Source: an uncultured Nitrospiraceae bacterium (GTDB lineage: Bacteria > Nitrospirota > Thermodesulfovibrionia > Thermodesulfovibrionales > SM23-35). From it: a stretch of 64,000 nucleotides of DNA. Position 1 is the stretch's first letter; every line of letters begins with the position of its first letter. Below are positions 18,258-28,399 of the stretch, piece after piece. Made by a program: the position numbers and the translations under genes. The stretch lies in the NCBI GenBank assembly GCA_963727775.1, contig CAVSHB010000002.1:288001-352000 (forward strand), written 5' to 3'. Below the pieces are notes generated by a model. The model was not told where the DNA came from and did no database searches. It saw nothing but the letters and a program-made list of their open reading frames with translations.

Positions 18258-20276
18258 TCAATCTCCGAGTATGGCCTTTATGTTTGCGAAGCACTTCTTG
18301 GCGTAGACCTTCTCCTGTTCCGGATCGAGTTTCTCGAATCTGTCGAGTTTTTTGATCGCTTCCTCGGGGATTTCCAGCAGAAACCTGGAGGGAACGGAGG
18401 TCTTGTTTTTGCCGTATTTGGATCTGTAATCGGTGTATGTAATGTAAAGCTCATTCATTGCCCTTGTTATCCCCACATAGAAAAGCCTTCTTTCCTCTTC
18501 GATATATTCTTCTTTATCCGCTGATTTCCTGTGGGGCAGAATGTCCTCCTCCACACCCGCAATGAACACAACGGAGAATTCCAGGCCCTTTGACGAATGG
18601 AAAGATATGAGCGTGACGCCGCGCCCGGCCTCATCTTCTTTTTCCTTCAATAGGTCCGTGAGCGCCATTGTTTCGAGAAACCCGTGAAGGGAAGGAGATT
18701 CCTCAGTGGCTTCGTAGTGGGCAAGGGAACCCACGAACTCCTCCATATTTTCGATCCTCCTGAATGCTGCTTCAGGGGTCTTATAGAGGCCGCTGATGTA
18801 ATCCCTGTAATTGATCTCTTCGACCAGCGCTTTAACGGTCTTGCCCATCTCCCGACCTTTGTTGAACATGTCCCGGTACCGGCCGATCAGCCCGGCAAGG
18901 GCCTCTGCAGAGGCGCCCGCCTTAGGACTGACACCGGATACTCCGGAGGCCCTGCTGAAAGTATCAAGAAGACTTATGGAGTTGGACCGTGCGAAATCTG
19001 AAAGCACAGCCAGCGCTGAAGTCCCGATGCCTCTCTTCGGTGCGCTTGAGGTCCTCAGAAGGCTCAGGTTGTCCGAGGGGTTTGCGATGATTTTGAGATA
19101 GGCAGCGAGATCCTTGATCTCCTTGTGTTCGAAATAACTCATCCCTCCTACCACCGAATAGGGAATCCTCTGCCTCCTTAATGCGGCCTCAAAAGGCCTC
19201 GAAAAGATATTGGCCCTGTAGATGACGGCGAAATCCTCATAAGGCATATTCCTCTCGAACTTTATCATCGATATCCTGTCTGCTACCCATTCCGCCTCGC
19301 CTTCCGTGTCCGCAGCCTTGAAGATGTTGACCTTGGGGCCGTTGCCCCTTTCGGTCCAGAGGGCCTTTTCCATCCTCCGCCTGTTGTTCCTTATGACTCC
19401 GTTTGCCGCATTGAGGATATTTCCGAACGAGCGATAGTTCTGTTCGAGCTTTACAGTTACGGTCCCGGGAAAGTCCTTCTCAAAATCGAGGATATTGCCG
19501 ATGTCGGCTCCCCTCCAGCCATAGATGGACTGGTCATCGTCCCCGACCACGCAGATGTTTCTTCTGGCATCCGCGAGAAGCCTGATGAATGTATACTGCA
19601 CCCGGTTCGTATCTTGGTACTCATCGACCATGATATACCTGAACTTCTCCCTGTATTTTTCAAGTACTGCCGGATGTTCCCTGAAGAGCTTCAGAGTAAG
19701 CAAAAGAAGGTCATCGAAGTCGAGGGCATTCAGCGACTTCAGCGCCTCCAGATACCTTGGATAAAGCAAAGTCGAGACCTCCTCGATAGGATCGTCTGAA
19801 GGAACGGTGTCCGTTGTAGTGAAATCGTTCTTCGTCCTGCTGATCCTTTCCAATATGGACTCTGCCTTGAAACTTTTGTCGTAAAATCTGATGTCCGACA
19901 GTATGTTTCTCAGGAGCGAAACCTGCTCCGAAGTATCGTAAATCGTAAAGTCTTTTCTATATCCGATGTGTTCGATCTCGGACCTCAAAATTCTGAGACA
20001 GAGTGAGTGAAATGTCGAAATAACGGGCGCGCCCTTCTCTCCCCTCAGCATGGCTTTTACCCTCTCCTTCATCTCCCTTGCCGCTTTATTCGTAAAGGTG
20101 ACCGCCACGACAGATCCGGCCCTGACACCGGTGTGGATAAGATATGCGGTTCTCGTGGTGATGACCCTCGTTTTTCCCGAACCGGCGCCGGCCAGTATAA
20201 GGAGCGGCCCCTCCATATGCATGACCGCTTCTTTCTGCCTTGGATTGAGGCGAGCTATTTCTTTCTCTATATCCAC
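18258..20276 (-). CDS. uvrD: UvrD/Rep/PcrA SF1 DNA helicase
   Basis: AGAGSGKT, TFTNKAA, VDEYQD, GDDDQSIY, LEQNYRS, H.SKGLEF, EERRLFYVGITRA. Confidence 0.95.
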   Translation of the reverse strand: MDIEKEIARLNPRQKEAVMHMEGPLLILAGAGSGKTRVITTRTAYLIHTGVRAGSVVAVTFTNKAAREMKERVKAMLRGEKGAPVISTFHSLCLRILRSEIEHIGYRKDFTIYDTSEQVSLLRNILSDIRFYDKSFKAESILERISRTKNDFTTTDTVPSDDPIEEVSTLLYPRYLEALKSLNALDFDDLLLLTLKLFREHPAVLEKYREKFRYIMVDEYQDTNRVQYTFIRLLADARRNICVVGDDDQSIYGWRGADIGNILDFEKDFPGTVTVKLEQNYRSFGNILNAANGVIRNNRRRMEKALWTERGNGPKVNIFKAADTEGEAEWVADRISMIKFERNMPYEDFAVIYRANIFSRPFEAALRRQRIPYSVVGGMSYFEHKEIKDLAAYLKIIANPSDNLSLLRTSSAPKRGIGTSALAVLSDFARSNSISLLDTFSRASGVSGVSPKAGASAEALAGLIGRYRDMFNKGREMGKTVKALVEEINYRDYISGLYKTPEAAFRRIENMEEFVGSLAHYEATEESPSLHGFLETMALTDLLKEKEDEAGRGVTLISFHSSKGLEFSVVFIAGVEEDILPHRKSADKEEYIEEERRLFYVGITRAMNELYITYTDYRSKYGKNKTSVPSRFLLEIPEEAIKKLDRFEKLDPEQEKVYAKKCFANIKAILGD

Positions 20277-20410
20277 CGATATTTCCTTTCAGACACGTTC
20301 CACGAAGATAATACAACAGTCTTTGCACTCTGGAAATTTTATATATCCGGCAGGACGCCGGAGAAAAGTTTAACACTTTTATATTACTGTTTTAGTGATG
20401 ATAAGGCAAT

Positions 20411-20578
20411 TAATCCAGATTATTCATAAAGCATGGGCAATCAGAACAGATGCAGTACCATCGCTCATTCTCGGTCCGCTTTTGCGGACCTCCGAGGTAT
20501 CCCGATCAAATCGGGATAAAGCCGCGCTGACACTGCATCTGCTCTGATTGAGTAAATATTTATTAATAATATAGGCTA
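20411..20578 (+). repeat. Structured TIR repeat family 1, copy D
   Basis: TAATCCAGATTATTCATAA...TTATTAATAATATAGGCTA; outer stem AATCAGAACAGATGCAGT/ACTGCATCTGCTCTGATT; core 20462-20526. Confidence 0.85.
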
Positions 20579-20652
20579 ACCAGCGCTTTCATAAGATTGC
20601 CGACAAATACTGTATTTGTCGACACCCGTAAATTTTATGAACTACCCGACTA
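20577..20652 (+). repeat. Core-less (empty) derivative of repeat family 1, copy E
   Basis: TTCATAAGATTGCCGA-CAAATACTGTATTTG-TCGAC..TTATGAA: arms of copies A/B with a single 15-bp palindrome and no core. Confidence 0.8.
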
Positions 20653-20701
20653 AAAAGTAAGTACAATTTAAGCGGAAATATCTGTTATAATCGCTCTATC
20701 A

Positions 20702-22171
20702 ATGAAAAAGAAGATATTGATAAACGCAAAGTATCCTGAAGAGAAAAGGGTCGCCATTGTAGAAGGAGACAAGCTTGTAGACTTCTACGTCCAGGTCTTA
20801 ACCAAAGAGCACCTCAGAGGCAACATTTACAAGGGTACCATTGTACGGATAGAGCCTTCATTGCAGGCTCTTTTTGTGGATTTCGGTTCCAAAAAACACG
20901 GGTTTCTCCAGAGGCGGGAGATAATGCCCAAATATTTCAAAGCCGATACACCGGAAAAGAAAAAAAGGCTACAGGACATTGTATCGGCAGGACAGGAAAT
21001 TATAGTGCAGGTCGAAAAGTCTGAGAGAGACACAAAGGGCGCAAGCCTTACGACTTTCATATCAATCCCTGGCAGGTATATTGTCATGATGCCGGGTCAG
21101 GAGAGGGTCGGGATTTCAAGAAAGATCGAGGACAAAAATGACAGGGCACGTTTAAAGGAACTCTTCGGCTCGCTCAAACTTCCCCCTAAAATGGGTTTTA
21201 TCCTCAGGACCGCCGGGATCGATAAAACCGGGGAAGACCTTTCGAACGATTTAAAATACCTGACAAAACTATGGGACAAGATACAGAAAGAGGCAAATGG
21301 GGTTGGGGCGCCGGCCCTCATTTATAAGGAGCAGGACATCGCCGTCAGAACGGTAAGGGATTATCTGACCTCGGATGTCGATGAAGTTCTTGTGGATGAC
21401 CAGGCGGCATTGAAGAACATAAAGGCGTTTCTGAGACAGACTCTGCCCTGGCGCAAGATAAACATCAAGTACTACAAAGAAAAAAGCCCTATTTTTGAAC
21501 TCTATAACATAGAAGATCAGGTATCAAAGATCAACGACAGATTTGTCCGCCTTCCTTCAAAGGGGTATCTGGTATTCGACAGGGCAGAGGCCCTCACCGC
21601 AATTGATGTTAATTCTGGCAGGAGCGGAAAAGAGAAGAACCTTGAACAGACGGCGCTGAAGACAAACCTTGAGGCTGCCGAAGAGATCGCAAGACAGCTC
21701 AGACTGAGGGATATCGGCGGTCTGATCGTCATTGATTTCATCGATATGCAACCCTCAAAAAACCGGCGGGAGGTCGAGACAACGCTGAAAGCCGCCCTCA
21801 GGGCAGATAAGGCCCATACCGATATAAGCGGAATATCAAGGTTTGGAATTCTGGAAATGACCAGGGAGAGGTTGAGGACGGCTTACTTTGATTCTTCATA
21901 TAAGAAATGCCGGACTTGCGACGGTTCTGGGGTCGTCAAGACGGAAGAGATGCTCGCCCTCTCCGCATTCAGGGATATTCACACAAAGGTCTCTAAGGGA
22001 GGGATAAAGAGCATTACCTGTAAGCTGCCCGTCTCAAGCGCTAACCATCTTATCAATGCGAAAAAAGAAGAACTCGTTGCCATGGAAAAAGAGTTCAAGG
22101 TAAGAATCAATATCTTTTCAGACCCTGCAGTTCCGCCGGGGCAGTTTGTTATAGACGTGGAACCGGTGTAG
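20702..22171 (+). CDS. Rne/Rng-family ribonuclease (catalytic domain only)
   Basis: GNIYKG S1 domain, IDVNSG, EIARQLRLRDIGGLIVIDFIDM, CxxC zinc link. Confidence 0.95.
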   Translation: MKKKILINAKYPEEKRVAIVEGDKLVDFYVQVLTKEHLRGNIYKGTIVRIEPSLQALFVDFGSKKHGFLQRREIMPKYFKADTPEKKKRLQDIVSAGQEIIVQVEKSERDTKGASLTTFISIPGRYIVMMPGQERVGISRKIEDKNDRARLKELFGSLKLPPKMGFILRTAGIDKTGEDLSNDLKYLTKLWDKIQKEANGVGAPALIYKEQDIAVRTVRDYLTSDVDEVLVDDQAALKNIKAFLRQTLPWRKINIKYYKEKSPIFELYNIEDQVSKINDRFVRLPSKGYLVFDRAEALTAIDVNSGRSGKEKNLEQTALKTNLEAAEEIARQLRLRDIGGLIVIDFIDMQPSKNRREVETTLKAALRADKAHTDISGISRFGILEMTRERLRTAYFDSSYKKCRTCDGSGVVKTEEMLALSAFRDIHTKVSKGGIKSITCKLPVSSANHLINAKKEELVAMEKEFKVRINIFSDPAVPPGQFVIDVEPV

Positions 22172-22309
22172 CCGCCTGACTTTGGATGTCCCTGCGCGGG
22201 AAGCCGCTATGTCATTAACCGGCGTGAGAAATGAATGTTTATTCTCATATGTTTTTATATATAAAAAAATATTGTCCTCTTATAAAGGTGCTTTAGGTAT
22301 AGTAAATAG

Positions 22310-23617
22310 ATGAGATTTGAAGAACTGGGTATACCTGAAAAGGTCCTTAAGGGGATCAGGGCCGCCGGATTTGTTGAGTGTACGCCTGTCCAGACCCTGA
22401 CATTGCCCGAAGCATTAAAAGGTAAGGACATTGCAGCCCAGGCCCAGACAGGCACCGGGAAAACCGCAGCCTTTCTGATAGCTGTCTTTTCGCGTATGTT
22501 GGGTATGCCTCCGCCGGGAAGGGGTCCGTCTCCCCGGGTGTTAATTATTGCGCCTACAAGGGAGCTTGTGGTCCAGATTGAAGCGGAAGCGAAACTGTTG
22601 GGAGGATCTACCGGTTTCAGGATCGTCGCGGTGTACGGCGGCATCGACTATATGAAGCAGCGTGGCGAACTCGCTGAGGGCGTAGATGTGCTCATAGGCA
22701 CACCGGGCCGGCTTATAGATTATCTCAAGCAAAAGGTTTACAGCCTCAGGAGGACCCAGTTCCTCGTAATCGATGAGGCAGACCGTATGTTCGATATGGG
22801 CTTTATCAGCGACCTCCGGTTTCTGCTCAGGAGGATGTCTCCCTATGATAAGCGGCAGTCCATGCTCTTTTCCGCAACTTTGTCCAACCGCGTGCTCGAA
22901 CTCTGTTATGAGCATATGAACAATCCGGAGAGGTTCTCTGTGACGCCGGAGAAGATGACGGTGGAACAGGTCGAGCAGGAAATGTTTCACGTCGGCAGAT
23001 CCGAAAAGTTCGGCGTTCTCCTCGGGATACTCAGGCGCGAACCCGGTGGCCGTTATCTTATATTCTGCAACACCAGAGTTGAAGCCGAGCGGCTTGAGGC
23101 CCTCCTTAATGCCAATGGTTTGGTAGCCGCTACTATCACGGGAGACATTCCACAGCACAAAAGGATCAAGGTCCTTTCCCTATTCAAGGACGGCGCATTA
23201 CCGATACTTGTGGCCACTGATGTAGCGAGTCGGGGACTGCATATAGAAGGTGTAACACATGTGATAAACTACGACCTTCCCCAGGACTCCGAGGACTACG
23301 TGCACCGGATCGGCAGGACCGCCCGAGCCGGCGCCGGCGGCAAGGCCATAAGCCTCGCCTGCGAGCAATATGTCCGGTCCCTCCCGGACATCGAAGATTA
23401 TATTAGGCAGAAGATACCGATCATGCCGTTGACCGATGAAATGATCGTTACCGGATATCGCAGAAAGCCGGCGTATGACAGTAGGAAGGAAGGCAGTAGC
23501 AGTCCGCAAAGGAGGGATTTCAGAGAAACACGCCGGAAAGAAAAACCTTCTCGGACGGGCAAACCATCGCGAGTGTCCGGGAAGACAGGCGCACGGCCTG
23601 ACAGGAAAAAATCTTAG
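22310..23617 (+). CDS. DEAD-box RNA helicase, RhlB-like
   Basis: AQTGTGKT, PTREL, DEAD, SAT, HRIGRTARAG. Confidence 0.95.
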   Translation: MRFEELGIPEKVLKGIRAAGFVECTPVQTLTLPEALKGKDIAAQAQTGTGKTAAFLIAVFSRMLGMPPPGRGPSPRVLIIAPTRELVVQIEAEAKLLGGSTGFRIVAVYGGIDYMKQRGELAEGVDVLIGTPGRLIDYLKQKVYSLRRTQFLVIDEADRMFDMGFISDLRFLLRRMSPYDKRQSMLFSATLSNRVLELCYEHMNNPERFSVTPEKMTVEQVEQEMFHVGRSEKFGVLLGILRREPGGRYLIFCNTRVEAERLEALLNANGLVAATITGDIPQHKRIKVLSLFKDGALPILVATDVASRGLHIEGVTHVINYDLPQDSEDYVHRIGRTARAGAGGKAISLACEQYVRSLPDIEDYIRQKIPIMPLTDEMIVTGYRRKPAYDSRKEGSSSPQRRDFRETRRKEKPSRTGKPSRVSGKTGARPDRKKS

Positions 23618-24285
23618 GAAGCGCTTCCTTTAAAAATACCGGGTTTATCAGTTGCAATGCCGTCAACGTCTTTGGCTATATATAATTTAGCTTCTGTTGC
23701 TGAATTGATAGTCCAGACGATTACCTTCAGGTTACTCTTATGCGCCTTTGCCACATCTCTTCTGTGAACGAATCTGTATAAAGGGATCAGGTACTGGGCG
23801 TTCAGCTCCAGCGCTTTTTCGATCGGCTTTTTGAATTTTGTATATATGAGTCCGGTTTCAATTTTTTTATCAAGGCTTCTTATTTGAGCAAGGGCCATTG
23901 TGTGAAAGGAGATAATGATGCTCCTCTCTCCCAATTTTTCCTTCTTGATCGCATCCAGGACCTTGCTTTCATACCCGACCTCTTTTAATTCAACCAGTAT
24001 TTTTTCTGCCTTACCGTCGATGAAGCGCAAGGCCTCTTCCAAAGTAGCAATCCTGTTACCTGTCAATTCTTTCAGGTCCTTCAGCGGAGTTTCATTTATG
24101 CGGACGTCCTTACCGAAGACTTTTTTCAGATTATCGTCGTGGCTGATGACCATTTCCCCGTCGCCGGAAGCTCGCACATCAAATTCGACGGCATTTGCGC
24201 CCAATTCGATTGCCTTATTAAAGCTCTCAAGGGTGTTTTCGGTTTCGTAAGCCTTGGCGCCGCGATGGCCCACTTTTAGAAACAT
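23614..24285 (-). CDS. Glycerophosphodiester phosphodiesterase family protein
   Basis: GHRGA...ENT, EFDV, HD, WTIN, VDGIATD.P. Confidence 0.92.
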   Translation of the reverse strand: MFLKVGHRGAKAYETENTLESFNKAIELGANAVEFDVRASGDGEMVISHDDNLKKVFGKDVRINETPLKDLKELTGNRIATLEEALRFIDGKAEKILVELKEVGYESKVLDAIKKEKLGERSIIISFHTMALAQIRSLDKKIETGLIYTKFKKPIEKALELNAQYLIPLYRFVHRRDVAKAHKSNLKVIVWTINSATEAKLYIAKDVDGIATDKPGIFKGSAS

Positions 24286-24324
24286 GGATATTTTACCTTT
24301 TCAGACCGGTCTGTACCGGACGTC

Positions 24325-24855
24325 CTATTTTATCTCCAGAACCTCTATGTCAAAGTTAAGAGTCTTGCCTGCAAGGGGATGGTTGAGGTCCATTACAACC
24401 ACATCGTCTTTGACTTCCACGATTTTAACAGGAATGCTCTGTCCGTCTTTAGCGTGCGCCATTAACATCATCCCTGCTTTCGGTGTTATCTCAGGGGGCA
24501 ACTGATTTTTAGGGACGTTCTGTCTGGCGGTTGGGTCCTCAGGCCCGTATCCATCTTCCGGTGCGACCTTAAAAGACTTTTTCTCACCGACCTTCATGCC
24601 CATTACAGTCTTCTCGAAGCCGGGGATAACCTGGTGGCTGCCCGGCTTAAATTCAAGCGGACCGCGCCCCTTAGAGCTATCCACCTCTTTCCCGTCAACG
24701 GTCAGGGTATAATTGACCTTGACCGTTTTGCCTTCCGAGATAACAACTTCTTCTTTTTTATCCTTTTCCGCTGCCTCGGAATAAGCGGCCAAAAACGACA
24801 GTCCCATGATGACCGCCAGAAGCACTGAGAACAACGTGACATTCCTTGTCTTCAT
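24325..24855 (-). CDS. SlyD-like FKBP peptidyl-prolyl isomerase with N-terminal signal peptide
   Basis: V.V.YTL..DG..DSS, IPGFE, PEDGYG, D.NHPLAGKTL.F; start set at MKTRNV. Confidence 0.9.
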   Translation of the reverse strand: MKTRNVTLFSVLLAVIMGLSFLAAYSEAAEKDKKEEVVISEGKTVKVNYTLTVDGKEVDSSKGRGPLEFKPGSHQVIPGFEKTVMGMKVGEKKSFKVAPEDGYGPEDPTARQNVPKNQLPPEITPKAGMMLMAHAKDGQSIPVKIVEVKDDVVVMDLNHPLAGKTLNFDIEVLEIK

Positions 24856-25144
24856 ACAACACCTCTCATTTGATTGTTTAAAACTTAAGGAATAAAAAAA
24901 CAATAAACCGCAATATAGAATACTTCGCGGTTTACGTCAAAATACTCCGGTAAGCTTTAGTAAATTGTAAATTATTATCGGCGACTTTGCAAGTAACGAA
25001 TATTTTTGATGGAGAAGAATAAAAGTTACCAAACGCGGTGACCCTATGCATTTGTGCGCTCGGGTGTTGTCATATATAATTATATAGACTATCCGGTAAT
25101 TTACGGTATACTTGCAGGATTGGGAACCTGGGAAAAGGAGAATT

Positions 25145-26509
25145 ATGTTCGAATTAATAAAGCGGATGATCTCAAAAACGTCTGCGGATTACGCGGATAT
25201 AAGGTATGAAATAATAAAAGAAACAAAAATTGTATTCACCGGCAGAGAGCTCTTTCACATTGGCACAAATTCGACCGACGGTTTCGTGATAAGGATTTTA
25301 AAAAATGGGGGTTTTTCATCAATAGCCTTTACCCGTCCGGATGATGCTGAAAATGCCCTCCGCATATCTGAAGAAAATGCCGCCTTGATGGCGCGGCATG
25401 TAAAGAATCCCGTGACCTTTGCAGCAACGGATGTTATAAAAGCCATATTCCTTCCGGATATCGATGAAGATCCAAGGCATGTTCCGATTGAAGAGAAACT
25501 CCAGTTAACGAGGAAATATAATTCCATAGCATTGGGGCATGAGAAGATCGCTACAACAAATATCGGGTATAGTGAAGTCATCCGCGAGAAATACTTTGTG
25601 AGTACGGAAGGCACGGAGATCAGGGAAGACCTCATTACGACCTCTTTAGGCGGGATGATTACGAGCAGGGAAGGTACGCTTACACAGAATGTTAGGGTCG
25701 CCGCCGGAGGAAGCCACGGATTTGCATTATTAAGGAACCAGGAAGAAGAGTTTGAGAAAAAAACGTCCATAGCGCTTGACTTGTTACAAGCAACGCCGGT
25801 TAGCGGCGGGGAATATAATGTCGTGCTCAATCAGGACATGGCCGGTGTTTTTGCCCATGAGGCTTTCGGCCATTTCTCAGAAGCTGATCTTATAGAAGAT
25901 TCTCCGACAATGCGGGACAGGATGAAAATCGGGGCTATGCTCGGGAACGAAGTGCTCGGTATTACAGATGATCCCACGATACCCCGCCAGTTAGGTTTCT
26001 ACTATTGCGACGATGAAGGTGTAAAAGCAAGACGTGTGCCGCTGATGAAACAGGGAATGCTTGCCGGGCGTCTGCATTCAAGAAGAACGGCTGCGGAATT
26101 CGGCGAAGGGTTAACGGGCCATTGCGTCGCTGAAGATTATCGCTATGCTCCCATAGTGAGAATGGGCAATATTTTTATAGAACCCGGCGAAAATACGTTT
26201 GAAGACCTTCTGTCAATGCTCGGCGACGGGCTGTACATCCTGGACCACAAGGGCGGACAGACAAGCGGAGAAAATTTTACCTTCGGGGCGCAGTACGGCT
26301 ATATAATAAAAGGCGGAAAGAAAAGGACGATGGTCCGTGACATTAATATGTCCGGTAACCTCTACCGTACATTAAAGAATATTACGGCGGTCGGAAATGA
26401 CCTTTGCCTTTCGAAGACAGGCGGTTGCGGAAAAGGGCAGACGAATATCCGCTCCTGCCACGGAGGTCCTCATGTACGCATCAATAATGTAATTATCGGG
26501 GGCGCGTAG
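25145..26509 (+). CDS. tldD: TldD metalloprotease
   Basis: HEAFGH..EAD, DDEG, RM.N, CGK.Q, GGPH. Confidence 0.92.
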   Translation: MFELIKRMISKTSADYADIRYEIIKETKIVFTGRELFHIGTNSTDGFVIRILKNGGFSSIAFTRPDDAENALRISEENAALMARHVKNPVTFAATDVIKAIFLPDIDEDPRHVPIEEKLQLTRKYNSIALGHEKIATTNIGYSEVIREKYFVSTEGTEIREDLITTSLGGMITSREGTLTQNVRVAAGGSHGFALLRNQEEEFEKKTSIALDLLQATPVSGGEYNVVLNQDMAGVFAHEAFGHFSEADLIEDSPTMRDRMKIGAMLGNEVLGITDDPTIPRQLGFYYCDDEGVKARRVPLMKQGMLAGRLHSRRTAAEFGEGLTGHCVAEDYRYAPIVRMGNIFIEPGENTFEDLLSMLGDGLYILDHKGGQTSGENFTFGAQYGYIIKGGKKRTMVRDINMSGNLYRTLKNITAVGNDLCLSKTGGCGKGQTNIRSCHGGPHVRINNVIIGGA

Positions 26510-26553
26510 CTGATTAATTGTAATATATCTAAAGATATGCTAAGCTATCTATA

Positions 26554-27180
26554 ATGGATAGGTTAATGGGGATAGGAGACGCATCCAGGATGTTGGGGAT
26601 TTCAATTTCCACATTACGACGTTGGGAACGCGAAGGGAAGTTATTGCCTGAGCGTACAGTTGGAGGACAGCGACGGTACGATATGGCGAAATTAAAACCT
26701 GAAGCATTCCGTCTTATCCCGGATGAGCGCAAGACAATAGCTTATGCCCGTGTCTGCAGTCATGATCAGAAAGATGACTTGGAGAGACAGAAACAAGTTC
26801 TTGAAATCTATTGTGCGCAACAGGGTTGGACCTTTGAAGTAGTAACTGATTTAGGGTCCGGCATGAACTATTACAAGAAGGGGCTGAAAAAACTCCTAAA
26901 TAATATTCTTGAAGGACAAATTGGACGGCTGGTCATCACTCATAAGGACAGGCTTCTCCGCTTTGGCGCTGAACTTGTATTCGCCATCTGTGAAGCTAAG
27001 AAAGTCGAAGTGGTTATTATCAATAAGGGAGAGGATCCCACTTTTGAGGAAGACTTGGCGAAAGACGTGCTGGAGATCATAACTGTATTCAGCGCCCGCC
27101 TCTACAGGAGCCGCAGCCACAAGAACCAGAAGTTGATTAATGGCGTAAGGAAAGCGGTGGAAGATGCTAACTGCCCATAA
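26554..27180 (+). CDS. tnpA: IS607 TnpA (MerR-HTH + serine recombinase)
   Basis: TLRRWE, YARVCS..QK.DL.RQ, DLGSG, KDRLLRFG, FSARLY. Confidence 0.95.
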   Translation: MDRLMGIGDASRMLGISISTLRRWEREGKLLPERTVGGQRRYDMAKLKPEAFRLIPDERKTIAYARVCSHDQKDDLERQKQVLEIYCAQQGWTFEVVTDLGSGMNYYKKGLKKLLNNILEGQIGRLVITHKDRLLRFGAELVFAICEAKKVEVVIINKGEDPTFEEDLAKDVLEIITVFSARLYRSRSHKNQKLINGVRKAVEDANCP

Positions 27181-28339
27181 AATAGCTCTTGACCCGAATA
27201 ACATTCAGGCAACCTATTTAGCCCGTGCCGCCGGCACAGCACGATTCGCATACAACTGGGCGCTTGCTGAGTGGCAGCGGCAATATGAAGCGCACACGGC
27301 TGATGAAAGGTCACCCAAACCGTCTGAAGCCGCTCTGCGGCGCAAGCTCAACAGCATCAAGCGAGAGCAGTTCCCCTGGATGTTGGAAGTTACGAATAAC
27401 GCGCCTCAGATGGCTATTATGCAGTTGGGCACTGCATTCAGAAACTTCTTCATGAAAAGAGCGCAGTACCCACAGTTTCGGCGAAAAGGCATTCATGACC
27501 GATTTACGCTTACCAATGATCAGTTCAGCATCGAAGGCTCACGCATCCGCATACCTGGCCTTGGTTGGGTGAAGATGCGTGAGCCGTTACGTTTCGACGG
27601 CAAGATCATGAACGCTACGGTCAGTCGTAATGCCGATCGCTGGTTTGCAGCAATAGGAGTGGATATGCCCGGCGAAACACCGTACCCGCCGGAAGGGTCG
27701 CCCATTGCACTGGATGTGGGATTGACCACATTTGCCGCAGACAGCGGCGGCGGTAAGTTGGAAGCGCCCAAGCCGCTGGCAAAAAACCTATTGAGACTGC
27801 GGAGACTTCAGCGTCGGTGTGCTCGGAAGGTGGAAGAGCAGAAGAAAAAGATGGGCTTGGATGGTAAGGCAATACCGAAAGGTGTGCGCCTGCCCGTTTC
27901 CAGCAATCTCAAAAAGGCGCGACAGGAAGTGGCAAAGCTCCATCACCGCATCGGAGATATTCGTAAGGATTTTCTACACAAAACTTCGACGAAACTGGCG
28001 AAAACCAAGCCGGTGATCGTTGTGGAAGATCTGCACGTCAAGGGGATGGTCCGTAATTCCAAGCTCGCCAGGCACATTGCTGATGTATCATGGGGCAAGT
28101 TTAGACGGCAACTGGCTTACAAGTGCCGGAAGTTCCGTTCAGCTCTTGTGGTTACCCCACGTTTTCTTGCCAGCTCCAAGCTGTGTTCCTGCTGTGAACA
28201 CCAATTGGAATCACTGGCGCTGTCTGTGCGAGACTGGACGTGCCCGGTGTGCGGAGCGCATCATGATCGAGATGTAAACGCGGCGAAGAACCTACTGAAT
28301 TGGTATATTAAACATGGCGACATATATTTTGCCGCATAA
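27164..28339 (+). CDS. tnpB: TnpB RNA-guided endonuclease
   Basis: RFAYNW; RuvC D (ALDVG), E (VEDL), D (DRDVNAA); CxxC zinc ribbon. Confidence 0.95.
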   Translation: MLTAHKIALDPNNIQATYLARAAGTARFAYNWALAEWQRQYEAHTADERSPKPSEAALRRKLNSIKREQFPWMLEVTNNAPQMAIMQLGTAFRNFFMKRAQYPQFRRKGIHDRFTLTNDQFSIEGSRIRIPGLGWVKMREPLRFDGKIMNATVSRNADRWFAAIGVDMPGETPYPPEGSPIALDVGLTTFAADSGGGKLEAPKPLAKNLLRLRRLQRRCARKVEEQKKKMGLDGKAIPKGVRLPVSSNLKKARQEVAKLHHRIGDIRKDFLHKTSTKLAKTKPVIVVEDLHVKGMVRNSKLARHIADVSWGKFRRQLAYKCRKFRSALVVTPRFLASSKLCSCCEHQLESLALSVRDWTCPVCGAHHDRDVNAAKNLLNWYIKHGDIYFAA

Positions 28340-28399
28340 TTACAATGCAACCCTATAATTCATGCCACTTCATGCGACAATTGTTATGACGGTATGTTT

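Noticed and set aside
26510..26553. IS607 IStron (group I intron at left end)
   Set aside because: Only about 45 bp precede tnpA, leaving no room for a group I core
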